Source of the DNA: Spirochaetia bacterium | Lineage (GTDB): Bacteria; Spirochaetota; Spirochaetia; SZUA-6; Bin103 | NCBI GenBank assembly: GCA_965203905.1 | Contig: CBDBDQ010000005.1 | Location: forward strand, 2,016,001-2,080,000 | Length of the DNA: 64,000 bases | Direction: 5' to 3' | Part shown: one piece after another, positions 1 to 10,045 of the stretch | Layout of the letters: every line of letters begins with the position of its first letter | Numbering within the stretch: position 1 is the first letter of the stretch | The notes under the pieces: generated by a model | What the model was told of the DNA's origin: nothing | The model's database searches: none | The model's input: only the letters and a program-made list of their open reading frames with translations | Made by a program: the position numbers and the translations under genes

Positions 1-769
1 CGCCGAGCCGCCGCTGCCGGCCAGCTACCTGGGGGCGTTCTTCGCCTGGCTCAACGACCTGATGACGCCGGACAAGCCGCTGGAGGTGCGCCAGACGGAG
101 CTGCGTTCGAGCAATTCGGAGCCGCTGGCGGAGCGCGAGCGTGACACGTCGCAGCTGATGGGTGACGCGCAGGAACAGTCGGACCTGGCGGCGCGCCTGT
201 TCCAGGCGTTCCTGATTACGGTGCTGATCGCCCTGGGCCTGGGACTGGTCGTGTTCCTGGTGCGGCCGCTGTTCTCGCGCGACCTGGGCGAGATGCTGCG
301 CGGGTTTTCCCTCGCGGGGCTGCTGCGCGGCTTAGCCCGCGGGCTGTCGCAGGCCCTGGACACGGCGCTGGCCGGGTTGCGGCGCATGCTGGCGGCGCCG
401 CGCGACGTGGCGGGGCGGCTCGCCGCCACGGTCACCAGGGCGGCCCGCGAGCGGCGCCGGCAGGCGCGGGCGCGGCGTGCGGTGCGCCACCGCCTGCGCC
501 ACGGCGCGCATGGCGCCGCGGTGCGCGGGTTCGTGCGCCTGATACGCTGGGGCGAGCGCTCGGGGGTCCCGTTTCGGCGCAGCGTGGCGCCCCTCGACTA
601 CGTGCGCGCGCTGGGCGCGCGGTTGCCCGAGCGGCGTGCCGAGCTGGAGGCGGTGGGCGTCCTGTTCGAGGAGCTGGTGTACTCGGCGCACGGCGACGCC
701 GGCGAGCGCAGCACCCGCTTCCAGGGACAGGTACGCGAGTTGCTGCGGCGGCGTTCCGGTACGGCGTGA
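1..769 (+). CDS. DUF4129-like membrane protein, 5'-partial
   Basis: Frame open from base 2 to TGA at 767-769; one TM segment; C-terminal 'SVAPLDYVRAL...LFEELVYS' resembles DUF4129; directly upstream of a MoxR ATPase. Confidence 0.6.
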   Translation, partial: AEPPLPASYLGAFFAWLNDLMTPDKPLEVRQTELRSSNSEPLAERERDTSQLMGDAQEQSDLAARLFQAFLITVLIALGLGLVVFLVRPLFSRDLGEMLRGFSLAGLLRGLARGLSQALDTALAGLRRMLAAPRDVAGRLAATVTRAARERRRQARARRAVRHRLRHGAHGAAVRGFVRLIRWGERSGVPFRRSVAPLDYVRALGARLPERRAELEAVGVLFEELVYSAHGDAGERSTRFQGQVRELLRRRSGTA

Positions 770-800
770 CGATGCGGCGCAGCGGAGGAGATGAAGCAGC

Positions 801-1757
801 GTGACGGTGGCACAGTGGGCGGAACGGGTGATGGACGCGGTACGGGCGGCGTTCTTCGGCAAGGACGAGGTCACGGAGAAGGTCCTGGTCGCACTCCTGT
901 GCCGCGGCCACGTGCTGATCGAGGACGTCCCGGGGGTGGGCAAGACGGTGCTGGCGCGGGCGCTGGCCAACACCGTCGGCGGCATGTTCAAGCAGGTGCA
1001 GTGCACCCCCGACCTGCTGCCCGCGGACGTGCTGGGGGTGTCGATCTACAACCCGCAGAGCGGGGAGTTCGTGTTCCGGGAGGGACCGATCATCACCAAT
1101 ATCCTGCTGGTGGACGAGATCAACCGCGCCACTCCCCGCACCCAGTCGGCGCTGCTGGAGGCGATGGCCGAGGGGCAGGTGAGCGTGGAGGGCAACAGCC
1201 GGCCGCTGCCCAACCCGTTCTTCCTGATCGCCACCGAGAGTCCCGGCGACGCCGAGGGCACGTTTCCGCTGCCGGAAGTGCAGAAGGACCGCTTCTTCAT
1301 GACGGTGTCGATCGGCTACCCCGACCGCGAGGCGGAGCGGGCGGTGATGGGCATAGGCCGCGAAGCGAGCCACCCGCTGACCCGCATCCGGCCGATCGCG
1401 AGCCTCGACACCCTGATCCAGATGCAGCAGCAGGTGTTGCAGGTGCACGTGGACGATTCGCTGCGTGCCTACATCCTGGCGCTGGTGGGCGCCACCCGCA
1501 GCGATCGCCGCCTGGCCCTTGGCGTGTCGCCGCGCGGATCGCTGGCGCTGTACAAGGCAGCGCAGGCCCTTGCCGCGTTGCGCGGCCGCGACTACGTCAC
1601 CCCGGAGGATATCCAGGAGGTCGCCTACCCGGTGCTGCGCAAGCGCATCATCCTCAAGGCGGAGGGTCAGGCGCAGCGGGCCAGCGAGAGCGACTTCATC
1701 GCCGGCATCGTCGACGCCGTCGGGGTGCCGCCCCTGAGCGACGCGCTGAGCGGATAG
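801..1757 (+). CDS. moxR: MoxR-family AAA+ ATPase
   Basis: HVLIEDVPGVGKT, QCTPDLLPAD, LLVDEINRATPRTQSALLEAM, GTFPLPE..DRF, GVSPRG. Confidence 0.95.
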   Translation: MTVAQWAERVMDAVRAAFFGKDEVTEKVLVALLCRGHVLIEDVPGVGKTVLARALANTVGGMFKQVQCTPDLLPADVLGVSIYNPQSGEFVFREGPIITNILLVDEINRATPRTQSALLEAMAEGQVSVEGNSRPLPNPFFLIATESPGDAEGTFPLPEVQKDRFFMTVSIGYPDREAERAVMGIGREASHPLTRIRPIASLDTLIQMQQQVLQVHVDDSLRAYILALVGATRSDRRLALGVSPRGSLALYKAAQALAALRGRDYVTPEDIQEVAYPVLRKRIILKAEGQAQRASESDFIAGIVDAVGVPPLSDALSG

Positions 1758-1760
1758 CCC

Positions 1761-3332
1761 TCAGGACGCCATCCGCTCCAGCCGCACGCGCAGACCGAAC
1801 ACTTCCTGAAACAGATCTGCCTTGCGCTCCAGCGCCAGTATCTTGAGGGCCAGGTTGCCGCCGTAGCTGCAGCGCAGGGTCACCTCATCCTCGGTCTTCT
1901 CCACCTCCAACTCGCGTACCCGAGCCTGGTGGCTGCGATCCAGCGCATCCGCCACCCGCAGCAACGCCGCCAGCTTGTTCACTACGATGCGGTCGGCGCG
2001 GGAGAGGCTCATGTAGGAGACGTGGGAGGGTGACGGCAGGGCGCGGCGGTGATAGCGGACCACGTTGGCGACCACCGTCCGGTCGCGCCCGTCGAGGCCG
2101 AAGATCTCGGAGTTGCTCACGATGTAGTGGCCATGCTTGTGGTGGCCGCTGGCACGGATCACCATGCCGATGTCGTGCAGGATGGCGCTCACCTCCAGCA
2201 GCAGGCGGCTGGACGCGTCGAGACCGTGCTCCTCCTGCAGCGCATCGAACAGGCGGCACGCCAGCAGCGCGACGTGACGTGCGTGCAGTTCGTCGAAGCG
2301 GTAGCGCTTGCCGAGGCTGATGGCGTTGGCGGTCACCTGGGCGCGCAGCTCGTCCGGAGCGCGGGCGCTGGGTGCGGCGCCGTCACGGATCAGCAGTCCT
2401 TCGCGGATGCTCACGCGCGCGACGATCACCTCGTCGGCGGCGGTCAGGTTCAGGAACGAGCGGTACATCAGGAGACTTGGCACCAGCAGCTCGGCGTCGC
2501 TGTAGGAGATCTGCAGGTCGCGCACCACGTCGGCCACCGGCTTGGCGATGGCACCTTCGATGAAGCGGTCGAAGTCGGCGCGGCTGAGGCGGGAGATGGG
2601 ACCGGCGCCGGGGCCGCCGGCGGTCTCGGCGGGGATGCTCACGTCGCTGCCGATGGCGATGAAGGTGCCGACTCGCGCCAACTGCAGGTCCTTCTGCACC
2701 GTGGACAGGGTGGGGCGCATCGACTCTTCGACGATCTCGCGGGGCGGGGCATCCACGCTCGGGGCGAGCTGCAGCGGCCGCCCCATGCGCACGGTGCCCA
2801 CCTTGAGGGTACGCAGCGCCGAGATGTGGCCACGCCGGACCAGGATCAGGGTGGTGTGACCGCCGCCAACCTCCACGATCAGGGAGGTGGCGCGCAGCAA
2901 CGCCGGCAGCTCGGCGCTGACCGCCTGGCGCACCGCCAGGTAGGTGAGCTGGCTCTCCTCCACCTCGCCGACCACGTCGATCCGCAGGCCGGTGCGCAGC
3001 GCTACGCGATCGACGAAGGTGTCGCCGTTGCGTGCCTCGCGCAGGGCGCTGGTGCCGATCACCAGGGTGTCCGCCGGCGCGATGCGCCAGCCGGCGAGCA
3101 GCTCGCAGAAGCCGCCCAGCACCTGCACGCCACGGGTCAGGGTAGCGCGTCCGATGCGACCGGAGGAGAATACGTCGCGGCCCAGCGGAACCGGTTTCAC
3201 CGCCCGGTCCACCACGGCCCACGTGCCATCGGGGTGGCGGTCGACGATCATCAGCCGAAACGAGCTGGAGCCCACGTCCAGCACCGCGGTCAGGCGCCCG
3301 CTGCCTCCGGCCTCGGCCGCCGCCGCCGTCAT
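1761..3332 (-). CDS. ppx: Ppx/GppA exopolyphosphatase with HD domain
   Basis: LDVGSSSFRL, TSALREA.N, EVGGG, VSIREG, ILHDIG...HHKH; ATG at 3332 overlaps the ROK stop (ATGA). Confidence 0.92.
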   Translation of the reverse strand: MTAAAAEAGGSGRLTAVLDVGSSSFRLMIVDRHPDGTWAVVDRAVKPVPLGRDVFSSGRIGRATLTRGVQVLGGFCELLAGWRIAPADTLVIGTSALREARNGDTFVDRVALRTGLRIDVVGEVEESQLTYLAVRQAVSAELPALLRATSLIVEVGGGHTTLILVRRGHISALRTLKVGTVRMGRPLQLAPSVDAPPREIVEESMRPTLSTVQKDLQLARVGTFIAIGSDVSIPAETAGGPGAGPISRLSRADFDRFIEGAIAKPVADVVRDLQISYSDAELLVPSLLMYRSFLNLTAADEVIVARVSIREGLLIRDGAAPSARAPDELRAQVTANAISLGKRYRFDELHARHVALLACRLFDALQEEHGLDASSRLLLEVSAILHDIGMVIRASGHHKHGHYIVSNSEIFGLDGRDRTVVANVVRYHRRALPSPSHVSYMSLSRADRIVVNKLAALLRVADALDRSHQARVRELEVEKTEDEVTLRCSYGGNLALKILALERKADLFQEVFGLRVRLERMAS

Positions 3333-4306
3333 GCGGTCTCTCCCAGCATCTCCCGCAACGCGCCGATGGCGCCGTGGATGGCAGCCGCGTGGCCGAGCTG
3401 CGCAGGCACCGCGTGGACCCCGCGCGCCGGTGCCTCCAGCGCGTGCCGGTGCAGCGAGCGGTCCACCTGCTTCACGAAGCGGCCCCCCAGCTTCTCCACC
3501 AGGCCGCCGCCCAGCACCACCACGTCGGGGCTGAGCAGGTTGACGCAGTTGGCGATGCCGATGCCGAGATAATGGGCCGCCTGGTCCACCACAGCGCACA
3601 CGGCCGGCTCGCCGGCGGCGACGGCGCGCGCAATCACCCCGCTCTTGACCGCCTTCAACCTGGTCCCGGCGGCGGCGCGCACCGTGGGTGCCTGACCGAC
3701 GTTGGCCAGCATCACCAGCTCGCGTGCCATGGCGCTGCGGCTGGCATACGCCTCCAGGCAACCGCGCTGGCCGCAGCCGCACAGCGCGCCGCCGTCATGG
3801 ACGATGATATGGCCGATCTCGCCGGCGGTGCCGTTGGCGCCGCGGAACACCTGCCCGTCCACCACCAGGCCGCCGCCGATGCCGGTGCCGCAGAAGACGC
3901 CCAGCACGTGGTGATGGCCGCGCGCGGCGCCAGCCAGGTATTCGCCGTAGGTACCCATGTTGACGTCGTTGTCGAGGAATACCGGCACCCCCAGGCTATC
4001 CTCGATATACCGGCGCAGCGGGTAGTTGCGCATGCCGAGGTTGGGGGCGAACTGGATTACCCCCGCCTTCCAGTCGAGGGGGCCGGGCGCACCGATGCCG
4101 ACGCCTCGGAGCGCCTTGGCGGTGGTTCCGGCGCTCTTGAGAGCGGCCTGGACGGCGCGCACCAGACTGGCCGCCACCGTGTCACCGCTGGTGCCGGCGC
4201 GCGAGCTGAGGCGGGCCTCGCCGACGGTGCGTCCAGCGCGCGTCAGCACCGCCGCCGCGATCTTGGTCCCGCCCAGGTCCAGTCCCGCGTACAGCTCCCG
4301 TTCCAT
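3329..4306 (-). CDS. ROK-family sugar kinase (glucokinase-like)
   Basis: GLDLGGTK, DNDVN, GTGIGGG, GEIGH, CGCGQRGCLE. Confidence 0.92.
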   Translation of the reverse strand: MERELYAGLDLGGTKIAAAVLTRAGRTVGEARLSSRAGTSGDTVAASLVRAVQAALKSAGTTAKALRGVGIGAPGPLDWKAGVIQFAPNLGMRNYPLRRYIEDSLGVPVFLDNDVNMGTYGEYLAGAARGHHHVLGVFCGTGIGGGLVVDGQVFRGANGTAGEIGHIIVHDGGALCGCGQRGCLEAYASRSAMARELVMLANVGQAPTVRAAAGTRLKAVKSGVIARAVAAGEPAVCAVVDQAAHYLGIGIANCVNLLSPDVVVLGGGLVEKLGGRFVKQVDRSLHRHALEAPARGVHAVPAQLGHAAAIHGAIGALREMLGETA

Positions 4307-4432
4307 CTGCCCTCCTCGCCGGCGGCCGCCTGCCTCGACGAGGCCTGGTCGAGGTCAGGGCATCGTCCGCTTCCGCAATTACATACGCTGCCGCTCAGCG
4401 GGTCAACGCAGCGGCTTCTGGAACCGGTTCGC

Positions 4433-5824
4433 TTACCCGCCGCTCCCGGCTGCATCCGGGGCCGGGCGCTGGCACATTCCCTCGCTGAAGACCGAGCCCT
4501 GCCCGCATTCGGCTCCTGCCGCGCGCAAGGCGGCGATGACCGCCGGATCGTGAGCGAGATCCAATGGAGTACGGCCGCGCAGGTCGGTTGCATTCACCTC
4601 CGCGCCATGCTCCGCCAGGGCCGTGATGATGGCCGGATTCTCGTTGCGTGCAGCCGCGCTGTGCAGCGGAGTCCGCCCCCCCTCATTGCGCGCTTCGAGG
4701 TCGGCGCCGGCCGCCACCAGCGCTGCGATGATGGCCGGATTGTAGTGAATCGCAGCGGCTGTGTGGAGCGGAGTGCCGCCCAGCCGACCACGCGCGTGCA
4801 GATCGGCGCCGGCCGCCACGAGGGCCGTTACGATAGCCGGGTTCTCGGCATAGGCGCCGGCGGTATGCAGTGGCGTAACGCCCACATCGTTGCGTGCTTC
4901 CAGGTCTGCACCGGCTTCCGCCAGGGCGAAGATGATGGCCGGCTCCTGGTTGCGGAACGCCGCCGTGTGCAGCGGAGTACCGCCGAGCACCCGGTGGCGC
5001 GCCTCAAGGTCGGCGCCGGCCGCCACCAGCGCCGCGATGATGGCCGGGTTGTAGTTGAACGTGGCCGCGCTGTGCAACGGGGTAGCGCCGTGATAGTTCG
5101 GGGTCTCGAGGTCCGAGCCGGCCTCGGTGAGGGCCGTGACGATAGCTGGATGGTCACTGTAACGAGCCGCCCAGTGAAGCGGGGTGCCGCCGTAATAGTG
5201 GCGCGCGTAGAGGTCGGCGCCGGCTTCTATGAGTGCCCTGACGATGGCGGGTCGGTCATTGTAGCGAGCCGCCCAGTGGAGGGGAGTCACGCCGTCCTCT
5301 CCATCGATGTGGCGGGCGTCAAGGTTGGCGCCGGCGTCGGCCAGGGCCGTAATGACGGCAGGGCTGTCGCTGTAGCGAGCCGCACTGTGCAGCGGAGTGC
5401 CGCCGTCCCGGTAGCGGGCGTGAAGGTCGGCACCGGCGGCTGCCAGGGCGGTGACGACGGCCGGGTTGTCGTTGTAGCGAGCCGCCCAGTGGAGCGCGGT
5501 GGCGCCTTCCTTCTGGCGCGCGTCGAGGTCGGCGCCGGCCGCCACCAGGGCGTTCACGACGGCAGCGTCATCGGCGTAGCGGGCGGCCCAGTGGAGCGCG
5601 GTATTGCCGTCTTGGTCGCGTGCCCGCACGTCTGCGCCGAGGCGTATGCAGTCGGCCACCCGCCCCGCCCGTGCCGAGGCGAAGAACGCCTGGGTATGCA
5701 ACTCGTCACAATCGCGTTTCGGGGTTGCCAGGGTACAGCCCGCTGCCATCAGGACGACGGCAAGCAGCGAGCCCAGGACTGATCCGTGCGTTGTTCGGGA
5801 CCGGCAACGGGACAGTTTCTGCAT
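4433..5824 (-). CDS. Ankyrin-repeat lipoprotein (~11 repeats)
   Basis: Repeated G.TPLH.AA..N.NPAI..AL..AGADL.AR units; hydrophobic stretch ending in a lipobox-like LMAAGC; promoter elements directly upstream support ATG at 5824. Confidence 0.9.
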   Translation of the reverse strand: MQKLSRCRSRTTHGSVLGSLLAVVLMAAGCTLATPKRDCDELHTQAFFASARAGRVADCIRLGADVRARDQDGNTALHWAARYADDAAVVNALVAAGADLDARQKEGATALHWAARYNDNPAVVTALAAAGADLHARYRDGGTPLHSAARYSDSPAVITALADAGANLDARHIDGEDGVTPLHWAARYNDRPAIVRALIEAGADLYARHYYGGTPLHWAARYSDHPAIVTALTEAGSDLETPNYHGATPLHSAATFNYNPAIIAALVAAGADLEARHRVLGGTPLHTAAFRNQEPAIIFALAEAGADLEARNDVGVTPLHTAGAYAENPAIVTALVAAGADLHARGRLGGTPLHTAAAIHYNPAIIAALVAAGADLEARNEGGRTPLHSAAARNENPAIITALAEHGAEVNATDLRGRTPLDLAHDPAVIAALRAAGAECGQGSVFSEGMCQRPAPDAAGSGG

Positions 5825-5831
5825 TGATTCA

Positions 5832-5860
5832 AGACTACTTGTTTTCAATGTAGTCGTCAA
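5832..5860 (-). promoter_or_regulatory. Sigma-70-like promoter with overlapping palindromic operator
   Basis: Minus strand TTGACG-17 bp-TAGTCT, 7 nt before ATG 5824; inverted repeat GACTAC (5833-5838) / GTAGTC (5850-5855). Confidence 0.65.
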
Positions 5861-5929
5861 GCAACTGCGCCACAGGTGCGGGCAGTTGCCGCGGCCCTCA
5901 GCGCCCATTCGGTCGCCTTGTTCTGCCTC

Positions 5930-7804
5930 CTACAGCGAATCTTCACGTGCCGAATCCGGTGCCGCGGACTGTTCCAGAAACCTCCCGTGGATGCGCGCCA
6001 GCTTCCGATACATGAGAGCAGCTTCGTCCGCCGGCGCCGCGTTCTGGACTCCCGGGTGGCAGCTGCCGTCGGTGAACACCGAGTTCCCGCCGCACACGGC
6101 TCCCGCGGCCCGCAAGGCGGCGATAACGGCGGGGTTCTGTGCGAAGTCGAGCGCAGTACGGTCGATGCTGTCGCGTGCATTCACGTCCATGTTGGTAGCG
6201 ATGAGTGCGGCCACGATCGGCAGGCGTTCGTTGAGCATGGTGGCTCTGTGCAGCGCGCTGCGGCCGTAACTGTCCTGCGCGTCCACGTCGGTTCCTACTG
6301 TCTTCAGGGCGTGCACGATGGCGGCGATCACCGGTGCCGACCGTTCGCCGTATTGGGCGTCGCGGTATTCCGCCGCGCTGTGCAGCGGGGTTCCGCCGTA
6401 GTCGTTGCGCGCGTTCACGTCCGCCCCCGCCTGCGCCAGCGTCACGATGACCGCCGGATTCCGGCTCAGCGCGGCGGCCACGTGGAGCGGCGTGCCGCCA
6501 TAGTTGCTGCGCGCCTCGAGCGCGGCACCGGCATCGACCAGGGCACCGCTGACGGCCGGATTGAAGTTGAACCCGGCTGCGCTGTGGAGTGGCGTAAGGC
6601 CCCCGTTGTTGCGCGCCTCGAGTTCCGCTCCCGCGTTCACCAGCACCAGAATCGTGCCCGGATTAGGGGTGAAGACAGCGGCCGCATGGAGCGGAGTTCC
6701 ACCCTCCTCGTGACGCGCGTCGAGGTCCGCTCCGGCCGCCACGAGGACTGCGACCACGGCCGGGATGCGGTTGAATGCAGCGGCACTGTGGAGGGGAGTG
6801 AACTCCTCGAAATTGAGCGCTTCCAGCTCTGCTCCCGCATCCAACAGGGTCCTGATGACCTCCGGGTTAGGGTTGAACGCGGCCCCGAGATGCAGTGGGG
6901 AACCACCCAGCCGGTGCTTGGCCTGAAGCTCCGATCCGGCCTCCAGGAGGGCTTCGATGACTGCCGGATTTTCGGTATATTGAGCAGCTCGATGCAACGG
7001 GGTCTCACCGAAGTTGTCCCTTGCATGTACCTCTGCCCCGGCCTCCGCAAGCAGGTCGACGATGGCTGGATTGGAATTGTTTCGAGCCGCCCAATGCAGC
7101 GCGGTACGGCGCGAGTGGGTGCGCGCGTGCACGTCCGCGCCCGCGGCCAGCAACGACTCGGTGATCGCCGCGTTGTCATTGTTCGCCGCACCGTGCAGTG
7201 GCTCGGCGCCGTCGACGTTGCGGGCCCGCAGGTCGGCGCCGGCATCCAGCAGGGTGGCGATGACGAGCGGATCGCCGGTGACGGACGCCGCGAAGTGCAG
7301 CGGCGCATTGCGGCGAGCATCGCGCGCATTCGCATCCGCCCCTGCCCACAGGCAGTCGATCACCCGTTCGCGCGTCGCGGTCGCGAAGAAGGCGCCGGTA
7401 TTCCAGTCCTCGCAGTCGGTTACCGGGACCACGATGACGACGGTCAGCGTGGCTCGGTCGCCGTCGACATCCTCCGCCCGGTAGCGAAGGCGGTAGGTGC
7501 CGGGGGTGGTCGCCATACCGCTGAGCGTGCGCGTGTCGGCGGCGAACGCGAGCCCGGGAGGCGGTTGTTCGAGGCTGTAGGTAAGCGGCTCCTCGCCACC
7601 GGAGGCTGCGGGCAGGATGAGGGAGACCGGCTGCCCCACCTTGAAGGTGAACTCCGCGGCCGTTTCCGCAAAGCCGGGCGCGGTGTCGGGCGGCAACGGC
7701 GTCGACCGCCTGCAGCCGACCGTGGCCGTGACGAGTACGGCGCAGAGGCCGTAGAGTAGCAACTTGCCGGGTAGGCTGATAGGCTTCACGATCGATCTTT
7801 TCAT
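5930..7804 (-). CDS. Ankyrin-repeat lipoprotein (~12 repeats) with N-terminal putative Ig (He_PIG-like) domain
   Basis: Signal ending VTATVGC; 'LPAASGGEEPLTYSL..PPGLAF...RTLSG..TTPGTY.LRY...D.DGD' Ig-like domain; ankyrin repeats follow. Confidence 0.9.
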   Translation of the reverse strand: MKRSIVKPISLPGKLLLYGLCAVLVTATVGCRRSTPLPPDTAPGFAETAAEFTFKVGQPVSLILPAASGGEEPLTYSLEQPPPGLAFAADTRTLSGMATTPGTYRLRYRAEDVDGDRATLTVVIVVPVTDCEDWNTGAFFATATRERVIDCLWAGADANARDARRNAPLHFAASVTGDPLVIATLLDAGADLRARNVDGAEPLHGAANNDNAAITESLLAAGADVHARTHSRRTALHWAARNNSNPAIVDLLAEAGAEVHARDNFGETPLHRAAQYTENPAVIEALLEAGSELQAKHRLGGSPLHLGAAFNPNPEVIRTLLDAGAELEALNFEEFTPLHSAAAFNRIPAVVAVLVAAGADLDARHEEGGTPLHAAAVFTPNPGTILVLVNAGAELEARNNGGLTPLHSAAGFNFNPAVSGALVDAGAALEARSNYGGTPLHVAAALSRNPAVIVTLAQAGADVNARNDYGGTPLHSAAEYRDAQYGERSAPVIAAIVHALKTVGTDVDAQDSYGRSALHRATMLNERLPIVAALIATNMDVNARDSIDRTALDFAQNPAVIAALRAAGAVCGGNSVFTDGSCHPGVQNAAPADEAALMYRKLARIHGRFLEQSAAPDSAREDSL

Positions 7805-7885
7805 CAGGCCGTCAGGCTACATGAGACAAACAGGATAGATCAACGCTCCCGCTTCGGTGCGCGTCTTGCGGGGTTGGAGGGACAG

Positions 7886-10033
7886 GTGAACGTGGCGGAT
7901 CGTCCGGGCGGCGCGAACGGGTCCGGTGACAGCACCCTGCTGGACCGGGAGTTGAGCTGGGTGGAGTTCAACCGGCGCGTCCTCGGTCAGGCACTGCGCC
8001 CAGAGGTGCCGCTGCTGGAACGGCTGCGCTTCCTGAGCATCGTCAGCTCCAACTTCGACGAGTTCTTCATGGTGCGGGTGGCGGCGCTCAAACGCGGCAT
8101 GACCGCCGCGGCGGCCGATCGGCAGCGCTTCGCGCGGCTGGCGGCCGCCGCGCACTCGGTGGTCGAGCTGCAGTATCGGACGTTGCGCGCCGAGATCCTG
8201 CCGCAACTGCAGGCTGCCGGCGTCCGCATCGTCCCGGCCGCCGCGCTCGATGCGGAGCAGCAGCGTGCCGCCGCCGCCGACTTTCGCTATCGGATCTTTC
8301 CCGCGCTTGCCTCCACCCGGCTGGCGGACGGGGCGGCGGCCGTGGCTGGTCTGCGCCTGCACCTCGCCTTCCGCCTGGAGCGGGAGCCGGCCGCCGCCGC
8401 GGACCTGGCGGGCGCCCCGGTGCCCCCCGTGGCCCCCGTGTCCCCCGAGGAGGATGAGCCGCCGGTGGCGCAGGTGGCGGTCCCCAGCGGCCTGGAGCGC
8501 CTGCGTCCCATTCCCGGCGCCCGCGGTGAGGAGTGCTTTCTGCTGCTCGAGGAGTCGATCGTCCTGCACCGCGACCAGCTGTTTCCGGGGTACCGGGTGG
8601 CCGACCATGCGCTGTTCCGGGTTACCCGCGATGCCGACCTGGAGGTTGACGAGGCGACCGACGAGGACTTCATCGAGGCGATGGCGGCGGTCCTGGTCGG
8701 GCGCCGTTCCAGCGGCGTGGTACGGCTGGAAGTCGATTCGGCTTCGGCCGCGATGCGTGCACTGCTCGGCACCCGCCTGGGAATGGCCGAAGATGACGTG
8801 TACGCCGTCTCGCCGCTCGACCTCACCGGCCTCAAGGCGTTGCTCGACAGCGGCCGCAAAGAGCTGTGTTATCCGGCCTGGCATCCGCTGCCGGCGCCGG
8901 CGCTGGCAGATGCCGTGCCGTGGGAGGTGCTGTCGCGGCGCGACGTGCTGCTGCACCATCCCTACGAGACCTTCGACCATGTCCTCGGCCTGTTGCAGGC
9001 GGCGGCCCAGGACGAGGCGGTGCTGGCGATCAAGATGACGCTCTACCGCACCTCCGGTGATTCGCCGGTGGTGCGGGCCCTGGAACGGGCGGCGGCCAAC
9101 GGCAAGCAGGTAACCGTGCTGGTGGAGCTCAAGGCGCGCTTCGACGAGCAGCAGAATATCGACTGGGCCACCCGCCTGGAGCGCGCCGGAGCGATCGTCG
9201 TGTTCGGCATCGCGCGCCTCAAGGTGCACGCCAAGGCGTTGCTCATCGTGCGCCGCGAGCCGGCCGGCGTGCGCACCTACGTCCACCTCGGCACCGGCAA
9301 CTACAACGACACCACCGCGCGCCTCTACACCGACCTGGGGCTGCTCACCGCGCGCGAGGAGATCGCGCACGAGGCGACCTTGTTCTTCAACGCCATCACC
9401 GGGTATTCGTCGGAAACGCGCTTCCAGCGCCTGGCGATGGCACCGACCACCCTCAAGCGCACGCTCCTTGCCTACATCGAGCGGGAGGCGGCCCGCTCCG
9501 ACGGCGGCGGTCTGGTCATGGCGAAGCTGAACTCGCTCTCGGACCAGGAGGTGATCGCCGCGCTCTACGCCGCCTCGCGGGCCGGGGTCAGCGTGCTGCT
9601 CAACGTCCGCGGCGTATGCCTGCTGCGGCCCCGGGTTCCGGGCCTCAGCGAGAACATCCGCGTGGTCAGCATCGTCGACCGCTTCCTGGAGCACAGCCGC
9701 ATCATCTACTTCCGCAACGGTGGCGCCGAACAGGTGTACCTGGCCAGCGCCGACTGGATGCCGCGCAACCTGGAGCGCCGGGTGGAACTGATGTTTCCGG
9801 TGGAGCAGCCCGATCTGCGCCGGCGCCTGGTCAAGATCCTGGAGCTGTACTTCGCCGACAACTGTCACTCCTACGAGTTGCAGCCGGATGGTCGGTACCG
9901 GCAGCGGCGGCCGGGGACGCGGGCCGCAGTCCACGCCCAGGAGGCGCTGCAGCGGCAGGCGCGGGCCGCGGAACGGAAACGGGTCGGCCCGGAGGCGCGC
10001 GAGTTCACGGTACGCCGCCGGCCTCCCGCCTAG
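7886..10033 (+). CDS. ppk1: Polyphosphate kinase 1
   Basis: DRELSWVEFNRRVL, SSNFDEFFMVRVA, LLHHPYETF, ELKARFDE, KVHAK, DRFLEHSR, SADWMPRNLERRVE; GGAGG before GTG 7886. Confidence 0.97.
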   Translation: MNVADRPGGANGSGDSTLLDRELSWVEFNRRVLGQALRPEVPLLERLRFLSIVSSNFDEFFMVRVAALKRGMTAAAADRQRFARLAAAAHSVVELQYRTLRAEILPQLQAAGVRIVPAAALDAEQQRAAAADFRYRIFPALASTRLADGAAAVAGLRLHLAFRLEREPAAAADLAGAPVPPVAPVSPEEDEPPVAQVAVPSGLERLRPIPGARGEECFLLLEESIVLHRDQLFPGYRVADHALFRVTRDADLEVDEATDEDFIEAMAAVLVGRRSSGVVRLEVDSASAAMRALLGTRLGMAEDDVYAVSPLDLTGLKALLDSGRKELCYPAWHPLPAPALADAVPWEVLSRRDVLLHHPYETFDHVLGLLQAAAQDEAVLAIKMTLYRTSGDSPVVRALERAAANGKQVTVLVELKARFDEQQNIDWATRLERAGAIVVFGIARLKVHAKALLIVRREPAGVRTYVHLGTGNYNDTTARLYTDLGLLTAREEIAHEATLFFNAITGYSSETRFQRLAMAPTTLKRTLLAYIEREAARSDGGGLVMAKLNSLSDQEVIAALYAASRAGVSVLLNVRGVCLLRPRVPGLSENIRVVSIVDRFLEHSRIIYFRNGGAEQVYLASADWMPRNLERRVELMFPVEQPDLRRRLVKILELYFADNCHSYELQPDGRYRQRRPGTRAAVHAQEALQRQARAAERKRVGPEAREFTVRRRPPA

Positions 10034-10045
10034 TCACGGGAGCCG

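Noticed and set aside
3329-4306. ROK kinase as a polyphosphate glucokinase
   Set aside because: It has the Cys-rich Zn motif of ordinary ATP-dependent ROK kinases; only adjacency to ppx suggests otherwise
4433-7804. Ankyrin repeats as a CRISPR array or DGR template/variable repeat
   Set aside because: The repeats are in-frame ~102-bp coding units with no unique spacers or evident adenine-specific variation, and there is no cas or reverse transcriptase gene in the window
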